DNA of 63,931 bases, counting the filler, from Choristocarpus tenellus KU-1152 (lineage: Eukaryota; Protista; Phaeophyceae), in NCBI GenBank assembly GCA_964200185.2. It is 7 parts of 7 records of this genome, joined end to end, with 100 filler letters (N's around TTAATTAATTAA, not from the genome) between each part and the next. Parts side by side here need not be neighbours in the genome. Positions count along the whole stretch, not along the records: positions 1 to 21,529 come from CAXNAD020000336.1; positions 21,630 to 31,462 come from CAXNAD020003349.1; 5 more parts are not named here. One strand, given 5' to 3'. Each line of letters starts with the position of its first letter. Positions within the stretch are counted from its first letter, which is position 1. The notes below the pieces were generated by a model. That model ran no database searches. It had not been told where the DNA came from and saw only the letters and a program-made list of their open reading frames with translations. Made by a program: the position numbers and the translations under genes. Shown piece after piece: positions 14,211 to 26,525 of the stretch.

Positions 14211-14929
14211 GGCGACAAAGTCTGACCCTTACACTACTTGAGTTGGATAGGGTCAAGTTTGGTGTTCAAAAGCGATCACCGAAACGTCAAACCGCGCGCT
14301 CAAACTCTTCCCACATTCACTATATACTCTATAAAATATAACATGACAATATTAGTATTTAGGATAGATACACACACATTTTACACACACATTATATTAG
14401 GTTGTATATATATTGGTACGAAGCTACTTCAAGGTACAAATACTTGTGTATTCTATGGGTGTTTTGGAGACAATATCAACACCATACCCCATAAAACTTG
14501 TTAAATCAACCGTTGTCCCACTCTGTTAGTGATCATCCTCCTCCTCTATCCCACCAACTATTCAAATTTTGATAGTCCATAAATACCCGCCTGTCCCCGA
14601 GTAGGGTGTGACGTCGTGAAGCATGACGCCTCCAAAACCCCAACATTGACTTCTGTACTCTTCCTCCATAGATAGCCACATACATACGTGATGAGACAGG
14701 ATATGGTACAGACATGTCCTTGTCATGATTATCATGTAGACTTTGGTTGATAATTGCAACAAACTGGTCACATAGAGCCAGAGCATACATTGTGAAAGCA
14801 TTATTTGTTGTCACCGAGTAGGTCTATTTTCTGGATATAGAGACACCCATCACTATACAGGAACTAGTGTATATTAGAATAGGGGTCAAGGAGTATAGGT
14901 AGAAATTATTTCAGAATACTAAGCTCTAG

Positions 14930-15520
14930 GGGTGCCGCTGCAACCAACCCACATCAACGGCTTACCAATCATGTCCTCCATATCTTAACAGAGACCCATG
15001 GGGCCCTCAGATACCGTGCATGGAGTACTTACAGAATGTTGTTCGACAGTTGCAAGACGATCACACATACTACATACACACACAAGTGTATGGGTATATC
15101 CGCATGGATGTGGTCTTCCATGTTGGGGCACTTGCAGACGCTGGGTCAGCTCCCTACCAGGACAAAGGTCTCCTCCTGAATGTTATATTTGTAGAAGTGC
15201 AAGCAGCCTCCCATCTACCATAATCATCCACCAGCAATGGTGTAGCTACTGTTGCAGCTGAGGCGCGAAAGCGTGCCCACTACAAGGGTTCTTTTGACCT
15301 TCGTGGTTTCAACTTCAACACCTCGTGGTAGAAAGTTTGGGGCACCTTGGAAAGAAAGCAGAAAGTTTTCTGGATGAGTTGGCTACACATGTAGTGGGTG
15401 GGAGAGGGACGGGAGATTATGGGAGGAAATGGGCTGCCAAAACCCGCCTATGACAAATAATGTCCTTCACTACACAAGTGGCTCTCTCGAGACATACCAT
15501 ACGTTTCAAGCTAGAGACAC
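14930..15520 (+). mobile_element. 3' fragment of a CRE/R2-type non-LTR retrotransposon (restriction-like endonuclease domain), degenerate
   Basis: Reads 'RMDVV..LLLNVIFVEVQAASHL..AAEARKRAHYKG../VVESLGHLGKKAESFLDELATHV..KTRL*QIMSFTTQVALSR'. This matches the RxD..D, KxxKY and ExxGxxG motifs of RLE non-LTR elements, with stops and frameshifts. Confidence 0.72.
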
Positions 15521-15875
15521 CAGGTAGATGGGCAAAAAGGGGCCTGTCAGATTCTTGGGATGCTCCCTAGTTCCTCACCCTCCTGTGTAGGGCTTCCTAG
15601 ATTAGAGGCATAGTAGCAGTGTAGACATAATATTGTATTTAACAGCTTTTAAGGGAGTGCTGTAGTATAGACAGAAAATAGTTTTTGGAGAGCCCTCACA
15701 TATACTATGTACTATAAATTAGGGTCTTATAGTTGTTACATTTGACTTGAAAGAGGTTTATTGGTGGTACAAGAGACAAGTCGAGAATTAAAGACATACG
15801 GACCTGTTCCTGACATACACTACTACTATAAATTTGGATGTTACAATAAGGTACACATTTTACCAAGAGACAATT

Positions 15876-15881
15876 AAAAAA
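15876..15881 (-). terminator. Pol III oligo-T terminator of the tRNA
   Basis: TTTTTT on the minus strand, 8 nt downstream of the discriminator base. Confidence 0.6.
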
Positions 15882-15889
15882 GGGTTTAA

Positions 15890-15962
15890 TACTCACGCCG
15901 GGGCTCGAACCCGGGACCTCGGCTTTATCAGAGCCGCGCTCTACCAACGGAGCTCCGCAAGC
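15890..15962 (-). tRNA. tRNA with GAU anticodon (nominally tRNA-Ile(GAU)), atypical
   Basis: Minus strand reads GCTTGCG GA GCTC CGTTGGTA GAGC G CGGCT CTGATAA AGCCG AGGTC CCGGG TTCGAGC CCCGG CGTGAGT A. This is a 73-nt cloverleaf with perfect D, anticodon and T stems, a B-box GGTTCGAGCC, a T6 terminator at 15876-15881 and a TA-rich box about 30 nt upstream. Confidence 0.85.
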
Positions 15963-18900
15963 TGTTACATTTAATAACGTCAAAAGACGTATATATATTA
16001 ACATCAGTAACACCACCCCCCATCCCCACATAGTATGTATGAAACAGATATTTATAATCGCAAATCTTGAATGCTATTATATACTGTGTTACCACCTAAC
16101 AGTTTTCATATGTGCCAGGGGAAAAAAAAAACGAGAACAAAATTCTATTACTAGGACTAGTGCTGTAGATACTATAGTAATCAACACAAACCTACCTATC
16201 TCAAATATGTACTATTTTAAAAACTAAGAAATTAACAATGCCCCAAGACTATTCTCTGCTAATTAATGTCCTCATTACCATGCTTCTAACCTAGCCATAC
16301 TAATTTATTTTTTTCATGGCCTACTTACATACTTGTGGACGACGAATGATTTTCAATTTTCAAATTACAATGACTACTACTACTTTAGAGGGGTTCTTTG
16401 AGATACTGTACTGGTTTAACTTATTCCCTAACACATCTACAAATATCACAGGGCATAATAATAAAATAGTATTATATATTTTTATTTAAAGTAGTTGTAC
16501 CATCGTTTTAATCACCTGTTCTTAGATCTTGACACGAACAGTATAATATGTAGTGCTCGTGCCTTACTTATTTCATTTTTTGCCCGCTCACATGATGCAG
16601 ATGTTGTCGTGGGGGACACGAGGAAACAACACACCCCATTTTTCCTACTGGAGTATGTGCACTACTACTGTTGTAGATCAGGGTGTTGACTGTGCTTCCA
16701 ACTTTATTGTAGATTATTTACTTCCTTTTTTTTGCATCATGTGATGTGGGGTTGTGCGTTGGAACAGAGATTGCATTGTATCACAACTGGGAGTAAACAG
16801 ATCATGGTTGGGATGTGCTACGGTCCTATGAAGAGTGTCCACATTTTGGCAGACAGTTTATTGCAACATATGTTGGAATGCAGCGTAGAATAGATACACC
16901 AAGCCACACACACAGCGGCATCACTTACAATAAAATATAGATACCCATGATGCTGGAAAAAAGGTCTGGTGAAGTATACTTGACGAGAGATAGAGGGGAG
17001 TATAATGTTGCAGATACTGAACCAGGGGTATTCATGTAACAGTAACACACAACCCCAAATATCTTTTTCATGTGTGCATATTACTACATACTATTAATAG
17101 TACGACAAATTCGATCCTGTAGAACAAATCGATAGTGTAAATACTATCATTGTATGTACTTGTTCCAAGCCTGAAATAATCCAGGGCCGCAAACTAGAGA
17201 GCGCTAAGATGTGGATGATAAAGAACTCAAAAGGGTGATCAGTAAGAAGATAAAAAATCTTAGTATGTTGCCATTTCTCTCCATACTATTTTTACCATAC
17301 TATTCTCACCATACTCCAGTCTAAGGTTGGGGTGGTGTTTGATTGGACAAATCAGGCCAGCTGTTAGCAGACAAAACTGTAGTGCCTATCATGGATATAG
17401 CATTATCTCCTCCCACACACACAGCGTATCAAGCATACACCCCTGCTCTAGGTCAGGTAAAATAATACTAAATGTTTTCCTAGGCAAACCCCTAACATTC
17501 CCTGTAGCAGAAAACATATATTTTTTATCTTTCGCAATTGACCCATATTTCTATGGATGAAGTGCTAAGTTTGAGTGACCACATTGATTTCTCTACTGTT
17601 TCGAAACCTCGACGCAATTCAGAAAATACCATACAGGCACTTGTAAAAAAAGTCGAATTTTGCACATATTTGTCAGTATCCTAAAAATGCAACTCTGGGT
17701 ACCTCTCGTTTACTTTTAATCAAGTCTCACTGTCTAATGAGACAGCCATCTACCCCTACCTGCAAAAGCATCCAGGAGGGATCGAATTAAAACTACTAGC
17801 AGCACGAGATGTACGTTCAATTCCGAGTACACACGTACATACAGTTGATCAATGCGTTGAGTGAGCTAGCTGACTGGAGGAGGTTAATTGTGGCGCTGAC
17901 CCTGGCCTTGGCTTGTAGAAGTTATGAATCGTAGGTTGCATCATATTGTGCCCTATCCACTGCTGTAAGTAGGGCTCGTCTTGGAAGACTCTTCAGACCT
18001 ATTCTCGGCGGAATTTGTGTCACCACGAAAGACAACATTGTGAAGGGCCACTGATCCTATCTACCTTGGGCGCGTTTGAGTCCTGGAGAAGAAGCTGTTG
18101 CTGCATCATACGTTCTCTTATTTCTCTTGGGGGGGTACGAACAAGAAAACCAGGTTAAACCCTCCTCTTCCAAGTGCTTCCCAAGCAGCAACTAAATGGC
18201 GTACCATTACTTTACTGCTTCATTGCTCATGTTGCTTCTACCCCCCTTACCTTTATTTCGAAAATCCTGAATTGCTTGCGTCAATCTTGATCCGAAAAGA
18301 ATTAACAATTCCACATCATCTTCATCTTCCCCCCACCTTTCACACACCTCAGCCCAAGGTGAGACCAGTCGTGGTTCTCACCCAAGTTTCATGAGCTGCA
18401 ACAGCCCAAGAAAATAATTTTGGAAACAAGAAGAATTGAAGACTGGACCAAGTTCAAAGCACCACATGTTACACTACTGCTTGATGCTAGGATATTCATA
18501 TATATATTTATGTATGGCCTTAGGTGGCGTTTGTAAGCTTCTTGTAGTTTAGAGTGAGGCGACCTTCTGATGCTACTCTAAACGCAGTAAGTACAGCTAT
18601 TGTATGGAGTAGAAAATATAGCTGGTGTGCGAGCCTCATCGTGTATTGTTAGATTATATTTTGATCAGGACTAGTCGTAGTTCCAAAACCTATCTTTGGA
18701 GGCATACGAAACATCACCGGAATAAGATTAGGGGGTAGATGACAGCTTAATGTGTCCCATCAAAATAGTCTCCATACCTGTGTGTTGTTGACCATATCTG
18801 ATCGATCCAGTACCTACCCCTGCCAACTGCTTGAGCAGTTGCTCATCTGTTCTTGGGCACTGTTGACAATACTTCAGTAAAATGTAGGTTATTACCGCGT

Positions 18901-20038
18901 GGAAATTCTATCCACATCCAACACATTCTGGTTGTCTTTGTGTGGGAACTCCACTATATCGTACACACACGCGCGCATATATGTATCTATACCTCAATAA
19001 TATCTATTGATTGTGTTGTTCTTAGGCAAGAGCATATTTGATCGGTGCCTGTTCACACTGCTGGACCTCTAGACCATAGCAACAATATATCAACTCCTTG
19101 CAAACACTACCATCCCCCATCCTGAAAATATGTCGATTACCTCAGCTGAGATGGTATTGCCTACCCAGCACTTGTCAGAAGTAACATTTTGGGCAAGTTC
19201 ACAATTATCCACCTGCAATCTCTATGTCCTCACTCAAGTACTTGGCATGATCTGTCTGTGTATATAAGATGAACAATAAGAGAAGTAGATCCGTTTCGTT
19301 GCTGGAGCTTTCGATACCAGCGCTATCTCTCCAAGTGGTTTCATGACAAGAGAAATTACATCACAACAAGCTTAATTGGGTGCATGCATCAATCCAGCTT
19401 TTCTAAGTTCTGGTTCGATACCTTTTGCTTATTCAGCCACCAGGTTGACCACCCAAGGCCCACATGAAATGCATACAATAACTGAATGCATGCTGCATAT
19501 ACCAAAAAAAAACTGTATTCACCACTACGTCATTACGTCGTCTTGTGCCACCTACACGCACTTGCTACGCAAGTGAACATTTCATTTGACAATTAAAAAA
19601 CAAAAAACAACAACAACCACAACCGCCCATCACACAACACCTCTCTACGTGCACATAAGACAAGTTTGAAGAGAGCCCAACCAGCACACACTCCTTTCCC
19701 AGTCTATCACTACCACCGTGGGTCCGCTACTCCTCCAATTGCAAGCATTTTTTTCAGATCATAATCAACTGTAGTCAAGTCTGTGTCATCAAACTCTCAA
19801 TAATCTGCAAAGATACAACTCACTGTGACATTCTTCACTATGCCATCATCATCCCAATTTTATATCAACTCGACAAACGGCTCCATGACTCAAACCCTCC
19901 AAAATACAACCTTGTGCCCTTTACTCAGTCATTCAAAATAGGTGAGCAAGGACTCTTTGTGTTTCTTTTAACATCTTCCTGGTCCTGTGCTGATATCCCA
20001 TGGGGGACACTAATTAATTTTGTTACACTGCGCAGGGT

Positions 20039-21430
20039 TCAGAATCCAATTCCCATTAGGCCAAGGGCATTATCAGAACCTACAGAGCTTAGCTGGGGAG
20101 GCTTCTGTGCAACCAGTACCTTAGAGACCCAGTTAACCTCCTTATCCTGGACAAAGAGCCCAGCCTTGGATTGAACAGACCCATGAGTGATACACGCAGG
20201 CAGGAAGGGAGAGAGGCAAAAGACGGGCAGAAAGATGGACTGTGAGCAACAGTGAAGGTTACGGCAATATATTGGAGTACTCTTCTTGAGAGTCAGACCT
20301 CTAGGCTAGTATATCAAGACTTAATGATTCTAAGACATTGAGATAATTGGTGTTAGCAAACTCCGTGATGTGGTAGAGAGTGAGTTTTATGTTCCTATTT
20401 TACTTGACTAGCTGTTCCTCTTTCTCCAGGCCCTCCCCAAGAAATTTCTCACACACCTTGATGAGGGCATACTCAAGGTCTGACTTAAGGTATGCCTGGT
20501 AAGTTGGAGTTTCCCGCCAGGATGGGAGCTGGTCGAATGTGCAAGTGCTGTAGCCATCAAACTCTGGCTGCGTGGCATCAACAATGATAACCTTACCGCC
20601 TGGCTTCAGCACCCGGGCCATCTCGTTGATGGCATTAACCTGTAATTTTATTGTGGGATTTGGTGTGTGCGTGTGTGTGTGTGTGTGTGTGATAGGGGCT
20701 AAAATAACTGGATTGAGTGTATTACCCTTCGCTTGACTTCCTTCAATGTTTCTTGCACTAATAATTTATTGTCAACGCCTAGGCAGTAGAAGGTGCTTCT
20801 TGGCGACGAAATCTCGACACTGTGGATCCCTCAGCATTCTGTAAAACATAATCTCTAACTGAGGGAAAATTCCCTGGTAAAAAAAAAATCAGGAAAAAAA
20901 GCGATCTTCAGAGCTGCCAAACAAGTCCATGCTTTATCCCTTTCCTTCCTTTCCCTGCTATTCCACCTGAGTCAAAGTATCTTAGAGGGTAGAGCCGCGT
21001 CCATTTGGGGGCCAAAATCCAATGTTGCGATTTTGATGTAATTTTGGCTATCGTGATTGTTAGGAGATGTCAATATCCTTGTTCCAGACACACCTTTTCA
21101 TAGCGTATACATTTTACATACTCCGAAACATTTTGGAGGAGGTAGTATGTCATTAAAAACCCGTGGGATGTCAAGCCCCAAATATGTACAAACAGGGCAA
21201 AACTCATACCCTAACCCTAAGATACTTCCACTCACCTGCGCATCGGCGGGCATAGAAGAGAGAACAAAGTTGCACGTGACGATATGCTGGGACTCATTCT
21301 CCAGAGGCATGTGCTCGGCATTTCCCTCGAGAAACATGGTGCCGGAATGGCTGCCAAGTGTGCATCGAGCACGCTGGAGGTTGAACAGAGACAGATCCAG
21401 TGCAGTAGTCTTGAGCAACTTGAAGTTGTC
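20039..21430 (-). CDS. Class I SAM-dependent methyltransferase (UbiE/Methyltransf_11-like), 3' three exons; 5' part lost at the contig end
   Basis: Phase-0 exons 21430-21236 (DNFKLLKTTALDLSLFNLQRAR..FLEGNAEHMPLENESQHIVTCNFVL), 20639-20457 (VNAINEMARVLKPGGKVIIVDATQ) and 20164-20039 (AGLFVQDKEVNWVSKVLVAQKP..*). Contains the post-I 'LDLS', motif II 'GNAEHMP' and motif III 'RVLKPGG'. Confidence 0.88.
20969..21233. mobile_element. MITE family 2 (about 265 bp, Sola2-like), inserted at a methyltransferase splice donor
   Basis: TIRs GAGTCAAAGTATCTTAGAGGGTA ... CTAAGATACTTCCACTC, with a 4-bp TSD ACCT (20965-20968 and 21234-21237). Homologous to copies at 30117, 58651 and 60567. Confidence 0.85.
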
Positions 21431-21529
21431 CTGCGTGTGCGATGGTGGTGTTGTACAAAAAAAAAAATCGTGCACGAGTGAGTACATTTTTTTTTTATAT
21501 TTGAATTTCAAAGGGATGATAAGGCACGG

Positions 21530-21629
21530 NNNNNNNNNNNNNNNNNNNNNNNNNNNNNNNNNNNNNNNNNNNNTTAATTAATTAANNNNNNNNNNNNNNN
21601 NNNNNNNNNNNNNNNNNNNNNNNNNNNNN
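21530..21629. other. Artificial 100-nt contig linker (also at 31463-31562, 37530-37629, 53081-53180, 56651-56750, 60924-61023)
   Basis: N44-TTAATTAATTAA-N44, the same each time, with stops in all six frames. Confidence 0.97.
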
Positions 21630-21702
21630 GTTCCCCACGCGCGTATACTGCTCGCGCCAGTCAAAGCGCGGGAAGAAATACTCGCGCTACTCGCCTGTAA
21701 CA
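21630..21702 (-). mobile_element. Start of an LTR of the TGTTACAGGCG family, cut by the gap
   Basis: Minus strand TGTTACAGGCGAGTAGCGCGAGTATTTCTT matches the LTR starts at 26095 and 59865. Confidence 0.7.
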
Positions 21703-22399
21703 TTCACCCCTTTCCACATCGAGCTCGTCGAAGACTCTTGCCTGACTTTCTTAGGACACACAGCGGTCCTTTCAGGTGCTCCGTCTGCAATTGACGTCCC
21801 ACGCATCAAAGGACAGCTCTTACAGGTCTGTTGAGACGACGTTACGGCAACAGATGGGTCATATTTCGGTGAGAGAACACACCCTTTTTTAGGTAGCCAG
21901 CCGAGGATAGTGGTCAAGGTTGCCTTGTGTTATTCATTTTTTTTTAAGAGAGAGAAGGGTGTGACGCGGAAGGCTTTGGCCATAGCCTAGCTTTCCACTA
22001 TTGAGCGTATACGGTAGACTTGCGAATGCCCCAAATATGCAAGGCTCGTTTGGGGGGGGATATATAGGTGACGATCATCACGTTGATTTGTACTAACGAG
22101 CTTAATAACCCCTATCCATACCAAATTAATCTCTCTTCTCTACTAAATTATGTATTGTATTTTTTCTCTACAGATTAGAAGCCAAATCACCCACTAGGAT
22201 TTTCGCAGAGTAATCCTTTGGGGAACGAGATAGTAAACCGTTGAATTAAAAAACATAACGGATTATTGATTTCATAAAAGAGTTATCCAATCGAAATGAC
22301 CGATTTATCCCAGCCAATCAAAAATGCTGCAAAACCTACATTGTACAAGGTGGAGACTTATATCGTTTTGGCTAAGCGGTAGAGACGCTTGTTTGCTAG

Positions 22400-25300
22400 C
22401 ATGTAACACCCTTGCGCTGCCTCAGTCGAAAGCCTGATCGTCATGCAGAAACAAGGACTATATCGCTACAACAGGACTTCCATGCACGAATAGGTATCAA
22501 GCCAATCTTCACTTTTATACAGAGAAGTTGTCAACCGTGTATTGGCAGCCCTTGCACCAATGCTTCAACGTGTTCTGACCCAGAAGCCTTCGCCTGCTGT
22601 CTGTGCAGCCTTAAATACCGAACCTCCTTCCGTTCCCAGCAAGCACAGTACCTCGTTCGTTCCCCCCAAAAAATCGATGACACTTACTCCGCTACGTCAA
22701 CATTAATAAAAAAGCAAGGCACCAAAACCCGTTCGATCAGTTATATCCGTTCCCCAGCCTGTGCTTTGATCCCTCATGCTTCATCCACAGACAGGACGAA
22801 AGATAGAAGTCGGCACGATTTGGGCAAAGTCATACCTCCATCGATCATTTGATATTCGAACTCATTACTTTACGCACACGAACCCAATTCAATGACACTT
22901 GTTCCACGTAGTCAACATTCCTGTTGCCCAGTAGAGTTCACTAAATAGCTATAAACCATATAGACTATCAGCCTATATTGCACAGAGTCGTCTTGAAGTT
23001 ACACCATAGAGTCAGATTTTCCAGTCATGTCATTCTAACTATAGACATTTAGACTTTCGTTTCCACTTCGATAATATTTACCATGACACCGGCCTATGGT
23101 ACTACCCAAGTATCGACATATGCCCTGATATGTCACTCACACAGAGTCCACTCGAGAATGCCTGCCCAGGTACTCCTTGACACAGGTGCTGGTCTCATCA
23201 ATTTTTGTGAAAATTGCTTCCCAAGCTCAACATGACGGGCAAATGTACCTTAAATGCAGCAAACCCCAGAGGGTGTAAAATTCTACCAATGCTGGTACTG
23301 AGATCATGCAAACTTCCAATAGCGTTTACCCCAGAGGAAAAAGTGTGCAATATGACTTTTAGGACAATGGTGGGGTTGCCATATCAAATTATTTTATGAG
23401 CAACATTTTGTAGACAAAACTAGAGGGAATTGTTATTTAGAGAAGATCAATGCTCCCAACCATCACCACTGCCACCATGGGTACCTCTTGTCAACATTCC
23501 AACACCTAGATCGAGCAGTAACAATGTACCCATTTCAGACCTTAGCAAATGGCATTGTGGTACAAAGGAAAGTTCTAAGATGGATAGTCGTTAGACTAGG
23601 TAACTAAACAGAAGAAATTAACAGCTTTAACTTACTACAGTTGGATGTTTATCATGCCTTCTAGGACCTTCACAACCGGAACACAAGACCATGTCAACTA
23701 ATGTTCCCACCCAAGAACAACTCTTGCCTCGATAGGAAGTGTTACGTCTCTTCTCTCTAGGTACTAGTGTCAAACATTTTGGACGGATGAAAGCTGAAGA
23801 GACTGGTAGGACAAGGTTCAGTTTTGAGTTCAAGTCACCCCACTGGAAGGTATGGTTAAAGAATGGAGGTAAGGAGGAATTCTACAGGAGAGAGATGAGT
23901 GCCTCCTCCAGAAAACCTCCCAGCAGGTAACAACTGTATGCCTGAGGGACAAGGTGAGGTTCAGCTTGTACATGCTAGAACAAGAGATCAAAGCATGGAA
24001 AATCGTAAGAAACTGAAAGGAATGTGAGACAGCAAAGTTAAAATGAAGCTGTCCACATTAGAGCTCACATTAATATACATTGGTTTTAAAGGCTGAAGTC
24101 CTTAGAAAATATAAACACTGAACTTACTACTTTTATTTTTATTATTTTATTTTCCTCTATGTTGTAACAACTCTCTGTGACAGTGAATTCTTTATTTTCT
24201 ATATCTTCTATGTCTCACTTTTGTTTTCTAATGTTTATTTATTATTAGTTCTCATCCCATCATCCCATGATTTTTAATTTCATTTGCTTTTCATAGTTGT
24301 CACTCTATTTATATTTTTAGTTTTTTGTTCTTTTCTATTTTTTACTTTTTACTTTTTGTGCTTTTACTTTATTTTATTTACTATTCAGTTTCCACTTTGT
24401 TTCCCTCATCATCCACACACTATTTTTATTTATTTTTATTTCTCTTTATTTGTTATTAGTACTATTTGTTGCTCTCATTGACCCTTCACTTTTATTTATC
24501 TTCATTCTTGTCATTGCCTGTTTTGCGCACTAGCAGCCTTAAGTATGATTTGTGCATGGGGGGCATAGGACAGGCAATAATCAGATGCTATGTAGGTCAT
24601 GAATAATATAAGTCTAATCCTTGATAGCACTTGCATTTATATAACTGTGAAAATTGGAATGGAAGACGCTTGAATTGTATGCCAATCAGAGCTATGTATT
24701 TTGTAACCTTTGAAGGTCAAGTTAAGTGTATACTCGGATTAGGTCAGACACAAATTATTGGAGACCGCATTGTGTGACCTTATGGACACCTCGAAGAGAA
24801 CATGGATAAATTATTCACATTGGTGATTAGAGTGATTGGAACTGGGCACTCATTCATTTTAGGCCATGTCTGAGATACATACTCTGTAAATTTTGAAGGT
24901 GTGTTTCAGAAAGAACAAATGTATACTCAGACTAGGTCAGGGGCAATCTGACTATAATGGTATTCTGTGACCATTGGGAAAGGTTTCTCAGGTTAGACTA
25001 GGGTATTTGTTGACCTGTTTTGGGGCTAGTTGGAGTTATATATACATTAAAAAATAAAAGTATATACTCTTATCTGGTCAAACATATATTGATCTTGACT
25101 GTGCCTTACGACTTTTGGTGATCCGTTCTCTAAGGAAACGAGGGGATTGTTGATCATTGTTGGAATCCATGGGTTAATTTGGAACTGGAGTCTCTATGTT
25201 GGAAACAACTGGCAGAGTTGGAACTGGAGTCCCTATGTTGGAAAAAAAAACTGGCAGAGTCTGAACTGAAGCCCCAATGTTACAAAAGGCCAAATATGCA

Positions 25301-26525
25301 TGCCACCGCAGCATGATCAAAGGTGATGGATTTTTATTATCCAGATAATGATTATTGTCTGTGGTAAGCAGGAAACAGGTAGTCCCTGCAAGGAGAATAG
25401 AATAGCAGAAATTGAAACCATGAAGTAACCCACAGCAGAGCAGATAGCAATTTATGTAAGATATTTTGATTTATTTATTTTTTTGTAGTCATTTTGTATT
25501 TTTGAATATATATATATATTTATTTATTTTCTGCGTACATCAGGTACCTGATCCCCCTTATTCCATGGATTTTTTTTATTTTTTTATTTTTTCACTTTTT
25601 TGTTTTATTCTTGGATTTTCTTTTTTTGTACTTTGTTTCCACTTTTTTTCCTTTTTTTATCTCTCCTCTTTACCCGAACAGGTACCTAATCCCCTTAATT
25701 CCTTGTTTTGTTCTATCTTTCTTCAGTGTTTTCCTTTATTTTTTTGTTATCGCTGGTGTTGATGTTATTACCTGTTTTACGCACTACCAACCGCCAGTAT
25801 GCCTCGTGCTTGGGGGGCAAGAGACAGGCAATAATCAGATGATACTTGGCACCTTAGGGTAGCTCTACTTTAGAAAGAGTAAATATATACTCCGATTGGG
25901 CTAGATGCAGACAGATTTTTCCAAGTTGATAAGGATATATGTTTTGGACCTAGTAGGAGTCAGGTATTTTTTTCTTCATTCTTTCTCCTTGCCACTGGAT
26001 GATCGGAGGTGATTAAAGATATCTATTACCTTCACCGGCGACAATCGCCTGTGGTAAGTGTGAAACATGTATTGCTAGATCACGCTAGGGGGCATGTTAC
26101 AGGCGAATAGTGCGAGCATTTCTTTCTGCGTGTCAAAATGCGCGAACAGTGTACAAACATAAGAATTCATATAAAAGGAACTTTGAATTGATAGAAGATG
26201 CAGAGTAAGATTCGAAATGCATACATAACCTTACATAATAGATGTCAATTTCTGAAAGTTGAAGAATAAAGATTTTTTATTGGAGTATTTACGCAGCAGT
26301 TTGCAGACATCATTTAACTCTTTGGCTGAGTTGTTGACCAGATGACTCAGCTCTTTTATTCTTACCCTCTTTTGATAAACCGAAAAGCGAGACGTCAACT
26401 GAGCTAAGCATCAACTGACACCATACGTGGTCATCATCTGTGGACCCCCGCGTAGCGTCGTTTTGAAGGTGATTGGATTTGAGTTGCATACCCTGTGGAG
26501 GTGAGTTCAGGGGCGCCCTGTAACA
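22400..26525 (+). mobile_element. Ty3/Gypsy element A, internally deleted (gag-like, protease, integrase tail, 3'UTR, PPT, 3' LTR 26095-26525)
   Basis: Aspartic protease motif VLLDTGAG at about 23170-23195. Integrase tail at 23545-23900 is homologous to 29000-29400(-). PPT-like AGGGGGCA precedes an LTR TGTTACAGGCG...CGCCCTGTAACA. The 5' boundary is approximate. Confidence 0.75.

Noticed and set aside
21574-21585. Recurrent palindrome TTAATTAATTAA within N runs
   Set aside because: Artificial six-frame-stop contig linker, not biological.
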